Below, in pieces: positions 60,086-64,000 of a stretch of DNA of 64,000 nucleotides (the stretch's first letter is position 1; each line of letters starts with the position of its first letter). The notes below the pieces were generated by a model. The model had not been told where the DNA came from and did not search any database. It saw nothing but the letters and a program-made list of their open reading frames with translations. This DNA is from Archaeoglobus sp. JdFR-37 (GTDB lineage: Archaea > Halobacteriota > Archaeoglobi > Archaeoglobales > Archaeoglobaceae). The stretch covers positions 1 to 64,000 of the forward strand of contig MTMY01000032.1 of NCBI GenBank assembly GCA_002010215.1, read 5' to 3'. The translations under genes and the position numbers were made by a program.

Positions 60086-60860
60086 ATTCTTTTAACAATT
60101 TTTTTACTGTTTTCCTAGTCTCCTCTCCAAAAAACAGCTCATTTCTTAGGCTTTCCACATTCACATAATTCACATCACTCGTATTGGCACCTCTACACTT
60201 CTCGCAGATTAGCATATTCCTCATTACTTCATACTTCCTGAAAATAGACGAGTAAATCTTGTAATTCTCAGTTATCTGGAGTGGATGTCCGCAGCAGTAG
60301 CAAAGGGAAGCATAAGGACTCCCTATAACGATTCCAGACTTCTTAGGAGTGCTGAGGGCTGCAAGAAGGAAAGCTGTAACTTGATCCCTGAAATCCGCCA
60401 AAATTCTGACCCTATCAACAAAAAGTTGTAAAGCTGCTCTGCTGCACTCCTTTACCACCTCTCTATCCATTTTCCCTTCTCCAACATCCCCAACCCCTTT
60501 ACACCAATTAAAAGCAGTAGGATCAAAAAGAATTACCACCTTCTTCTGATAGAAGTCAAAGAAGGCTGGAAGGAAGGGGAGAGCTCTGCAGGATGAAGGG
60601 CGGTAAGGATAGATTTTGCATGTATAATTGTCCAGGAAAAAGCAAGCATCACCTTTTCTCACCATTCTTAAGAGAGCTATGTCTGTGCGAACAGCGAATC
60701 TTCTGAAACCCAGATCAAGAATCCTGAAATATTCTTCTTCCGTGAGGTCAGCCGGAGCTATTTTACAGCAATTACCACATTGGAGCTGAGGGTTGCATTC
60801 GAACGGGATTTCCGGAAAATACACTTTCGTAAACTCATCCTCTATTCCGGAGATTTTCAT
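60078..60860 (-). CDS. YkgJ-family cysteine-cluster protein
   Basis: FECxxxxxCGNCC, CFFL...CKIY..RP..CR..PF, plus a further CYCC...CEKC. ATG at 60860. Confidence 0.8.
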   Translation of the reverse strand: MKISGIEDEFTKVYFPEIPFECNPQLQCGNCCKIAPADLTEEEYFRILDLGFRRFAVRTDIALLRMVRKGDACFFLDNYTCKIYPYRPSSCRALPFLPAFFDFYQKKVVILFDPTAFNWCKGVGDVGEGKMDREVVKECSRAALQLFVDRVRILADFRDQVTAFLLAALSTPKKSGIVIGSPYASLCYCCGHPLQITENYKIYSSIFRKYEVMRNMLICEKCRGANTSDVNYVNVESLRNELFFGEETRKTVKKLLKEFT

Positions 60861-60915
60861 CCATCGACTATAGTCGTGGAAAAAGTTAAGTTTTGCTGCA
60901 ATTAGCAAAGCAACA

Positions 60916-61143
60916 ATGCAAAAATTCAGGTTAATCAACGTGAAGATTAGCAGCGATGTTGCTGAAAAGCTGAAGGCAAAAACAGGTGAGAAAAACGTTT
61001 CTGCGGCAATTCAGGTTGCTGTGGACCACTATTTGTACTGCCCAGTGCGAAGTTCAGAGAGGACTGAGAAAACGAAGGGGAACAGAGGCAGAAAACCCGA
61101 TTACCTTATGGAGCTCTTGGAAAAGCATGGATTAGAAATATAA
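60916..61143 (+). CDS. Small ribbon-helix-helix-like protein (DUF5371-like)
   Basis: LKAKTGEKNVSAAIQVAVDHYLYC pattern. Confidence 0.65.
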   Translation: MQKFRLINVKISSDVAEKLKAKTGEKNVSAAIQVAVDHYLYCPVRSSERTEKTKGNRGRKPDYLMELLEKHGLEI

Positions 61144-61157
61144 AAATTTAAATAATT

Positions 61158-62798
61158 TTATTCTTCATCGCTTCCTGTGTCGCTCTCGAAGTCCTCGCCA
61201 CCGCCCTTCTCCTTCTCCAGTGCCTTCGCAGCAATGACGTCGTCGATGCGGAGGATCATTATTGCCACTTCGGTGGCGCTGTTGATGGCCTGAGTCTTCA
61301 CGCGGAGCGGCTCCAGCACACCGCTTTCCCTCATGTCTGTGACCTTGCCCTCGAAGACGTCAACTCCGGCAAATACATTGTCGCCCTCGTGGGCCTTCTT
61401 GAGCTCCACTAAGATGTCGATTGGATCGAGGCCAGCATTCTCTGCCAAGCTTCTCGGGATGATCTCCAGAGCCGAAGCGAAGGCTTCGGCAGCCAACTGC
61501 TCTCTTCCGCCTAAAGTTGGTGCCCAGTCTCTGATCTTCAGGGATGCTTCGATCTCTGGAGCACCACCGCCAGCAACAACCTTACCGCTCTCAAGAGCGG
61601 CCTTACAGACTTTTATGGCATCCTGCAGACTGCGCTCAACTTCATCAACGATGTGTTCTGTGCCACCTCTGATAAGGATCGTAACGGCCTTTGGATTCTT
61701 GCAACCCCTGATGAACACCATCTCCTCATCGCCGACCTTCTTCTCTTCTACAAGCTCTGCCTCACCCAGGTCCTCTGACTTCACATCCCTGAGATCAGTC
61801 AGTATCTTAGCGCCAGTAGCCTTGGCGATCTTCTCTATGTCACTCTGCTTAACTCTCCTGACGGCCAACACTCCAGCCTTAGCCAAGTAATACTGAGCCA
61901 AGTCGTCGATGCCCTTCTGGCAGAATACAACGTTAGCACCAGCATTGACGAGCGTATCCACCATCTCTTTCAGCATCTTCTCTTCCTGCTCGATGAACTT
62001 CTGGAGCATCTCTGGGTCTGTGATGCGGATTTCTGCGTCAGTTTCAGTCTCCTTGACCTCGAGAGCAGCCTTCAGCACAGCAATCTTGGCGTTCTTGACC
62101 CTCTTGGGCATGCCTGGGTGCACAACTTCCTTGTCGATCACTATGCCGTCGATAAGCTCAGTGTCTTCAACGCCGCCGCCCTGCCTCTTTTCCAATTTGA
62201 TGTTGTCCTCGTCAACAACATATTTGCCGTTCTCTAGTTCCGCCACCTTTCTGACAGCATCCACCACTATTCCAGAGAGGTGCTCGATAGCGTATTCGGC
62301 ATGCTTTCCAGTAATTGCCGTTGCAGCAATCTTTCGCAGAGTTGCGTCATCGTTAAGGTCAACATCAATGGCTATGTTCTCCAGCACCTCTATTGCCTTT
62401 TCAGCAGCAAGCCTGTAACCTCTGCAGATTATGCTCGGGTGAATGTCCTGCTCTAGCAAGTCCTCGGCTTTCTTGAGGAGTTCTCCAGCCAGAACGACTG
62501 CAGTAGTTGTACCATCTCCAACCTCATCCTCTTGGGTCTTTGCCACTTCTATGATCATCTTTGCAGCCGGATGCTCCACATCCATTTCCTTGAGTATTGT
62601 AACACCATCATTTGTTATTACCACATCACCCAAGCTGTCCACCAGCATCTTGTCCATGCCTTTGGGGCCAAGTGTAGTTCTCACAGCCTCAGCGATGACG
62701 CGAGCGGCCATTATGTTCAAGCGCTGCGCATCCCTGCCAACCGTCCTCTGAGTCCCTTCCTTCAGTATCAAAACCGGAGTTCCTTGCAGTGTCGCCAC
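61158..62798 (-). CDS. ths: Thermosome (group II chaperonin) subunit
   Basis: [27 protein letters not shown] 62798 follows a GGAGGTGA SD. Confidence 0.97.
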   Translation of the reverse strand: MATLQGTPVLILKEGTQRTVGRDAQRLNIMAARVIAEAVRTTLGPKGMDKMLVDSLGDVVITNDGVTILKEMDVEHPAAKMIIEVAKTQEDEVGDGTTTAVVLAGELLKKAEDLLEQDIHPSIICRGYRLAAEKAIEVLENIAIDVDLNDDATLRKIAATAITGKHAEYAIEHLSGIVVDAVRKVAELENGKYVVDEDNIKLEKRQGGGVEDTELIDGIVIDKEVVHPGMPKRVKNAKIAVLKAALEVKETETDAEIRITDPEMLQKFIEQEEKMLKEMVDTLVNAGANVVFCQKGIDDLAQYYLAKAGVLAVRRVKQSDIEKIAKATGAKILTDLRDVKSEDLGEAELVEEKKVGDEEMVFIRGCKNPKAVTILIRGGTEHIVDEVERSLQDAIKVCKAALESGKVVAGGGAPEIEASLKIRDWAPTLGGREQLAAEAFASALEIIPRSLAENAGLDPIDILVELKKAHEGDNVFAGVDVFEGKVTDMRESGVLEPLRVKTQAINSATEVAIMILRIDDVIAAKALEKEKGGGEDFESDTGSDEE

Positions 62799-62844
62799 TC
62801 TTCTCACCTCCTGTCAGAGGCTGGTAAAAAGTGGAACAGAATTT

Positions 62845-63795
62845 CTATATATATCTTTCGGTCAGTTTCTTCTCATCCAAAAGATTCAGAAAATCTTTTG
62901 CAGAACTCACACATTCCAGTTCTTCCTTCATCACAAAAATAACAGAACCAACTTCTTTGTTTACCATTTTCTCAACTATATATGCTGCTTTTGCAGCAAC
63001 CGTTTCAGAGATTCTACCAAGTATCTCGGCCCTCTTTTCGATTGTCTTGACCTGTTTTACACCTGTCAGGATGGATTCATCATCTGTTTTGGCCACTGCA
63101 TCGAAGGGTGCATGCTTGATGGGATATACCTTAACACCTATGCACCTCAGCTGTTCAACTATTTCCGCTTCTTTACCCTGAAGCTCCACTTCTTTGATTT
63201 CCTCTGTCTCAACATCTTCACCCACAAAATTCAGGACATCTATCTCCTTCATCACGTATGTACCCAGTATTTCCTCCAGTTTGAGGGCATTCTCAACGCT
63301 CGTGTCCACACCCTCCTCATACTTCTTTGCAGCTCTTCGCGAGATTCCGAGATGCCTAGCAATATCACCTACAGAGATTCCCAGCCTCTCTCTGGCTGAT
63401 CTTATTCTCTCACTGTCCAGTCTCACGTAATATCCACCAGGAGCTGAGTAAACGAGGGGTGCAACCTCTTCAACAACAAAATCATAGAAAGTGGCAGTAT
63501 TAATTACGGGTAAGCCATATCTGGTGTAAACTACACCCCTCTCTAAGTAATCAAATTTGAATTTCTCGCCCACAACAACAGGGCTCGCTTTCAGGAGTTT
63601 GGCGATTATTTTCATCTCTTCAGCCATTTCCGGCTTGAAGGAGTCGATATTGTATAGAACCTTTACAAGAAGAATTACAGATTCCTTTTTAGCAACTATA
63701 TCGAAACATCTCGGCCTAGTTTCAACTAAATCAGTTACAGCATAACCCGCTTTACGCAGAATCTTAAGTACAGAAGCTGCAATTACTTCCTGCAT
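62845..63795 (-). CDS. Conserved archaeal Cro/C1-HTH transcriptional regulator (MJ1164-like)
   Basis: CFDIVA, LVKVLYNIDS, GVVYTRYG, PGGYYV, central HTH, APFDA. Confidence 0.85.
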   Translation of the reverse strand: MQEVIAASVLKILRKAGYAVTDLVETRPRCFDIVAKKESVILLVKVLYNIDSFKPEMAEEMKIIAKLLKASPVVVGEKFKFDYLERGVVYTRYGLPVINTATFYDFVVEEVAPLVYSAPGGYYVRLDSERIRSARERLGISVGDIARHLGISRRAAKKYEEGVDTSVENALKLEEILGTYVMKEIDVLNFVGEDVETEEIKEVELQGKEAEIVEQLRCIGVKVYPIKHAPFDAVAKTDDESILTGVKQVKTIEKRAEILGRISETVAAKAAYIVEKMVNKEVGSVIFVMKEELECVSSAKDFLNLLDEKKLTERYI

Positions 63796-63934
63796 CCTAT
63801 TAGAAAAGGGTATGCCTTACTATATAATACTTTTGAACCCGTGTAATCGTCTATCTTTTTGAGATTATTTCTCAACCTTAGGTATTACCGGTCAATACTG
63901 CCCCAACATTATATTTGATTGGTCCCATGAGCAG

Positions 63935-64000
63935 GTGACTTTAAAGCATTTTAGGTTCCTGTTGTCGTTTCTAATTTTAAGCCTTCTCGCCCTGTCCTCC
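63935..64000 (+). CDS. Possible start (signal peptide) of a secreted protein running off the window
   Basis: GTG-initiated frame (V)TLKHFRFLLSFLILSLLALSS is open to the edge. Confidence 0.35.
   Translation, partial: MTLKHFRFLLSFLILSLLALSS

Noticed and set aside
61333..62751. Long antisense ORFs opposite the thermosome (also opposite tyrS, ubiD, the acylase and others)
   Set aside because: Shadow frames produced by the codon bias of the real gene; no recognisable motifs.
63859..63875. TTGAGA-N5-TCTCAA palindrome upstream of the HTH regulator
   Set aside because: Single 6-bp inverted repeat in AT-rich DNA near the window edge; cannot be assessed.

Overview
Archaeal chromosomal window, very probably Archaeoglobi. 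The support for this is the archaeal translation and ribosome-biogenesis genes, a thermosome, a futalosine-type menaquinone pathway, a CTAAC-N5-GTTAG heat-shock box and many acyl-CoA genes. Core blocks: tyrS/aIF-1A/Rio1/Dim2, srp54-rnhB, aIF-2beta/DUF424/RsmB, Nob1-GfcR-AglJ-mqnEAC, gap, ubiD, hsp20 and thermosome. There are two tRNAs, Leu-CAG and Arg-CCT, facing each other around an amidase/formamidase insert, and a Liv-type ABC transporter. A ~22 kb catabolic region (38.6-60.1 kb) holds CoA ligases, a 2-hydroxyacyl-CoA dehydratase pair, beta-oxidation enzymes, an HMG-CoA-synthase-like/DUF35 fusion with a thiolase, an FGGY kinase, a saccharopine-dehydrogenase-like gene and a form IV RubisCO-like protein. 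Most notable observations: (i) three genes, including aIF-1A, appear to start at CTG behind strong SD motifs; (ii) an unannotated 42-bp element occurs twice between convergent genes and reads as a 13-codon frame in both copies; (iii) the RubisCO-like gene sits in an unexplained kinase/dehydrogenase context; (iv) there are several decayed genes. No CRISPR array, rRNA, integrase or transposase was seen. All calls come from reading motifs by eye; no searches were run.
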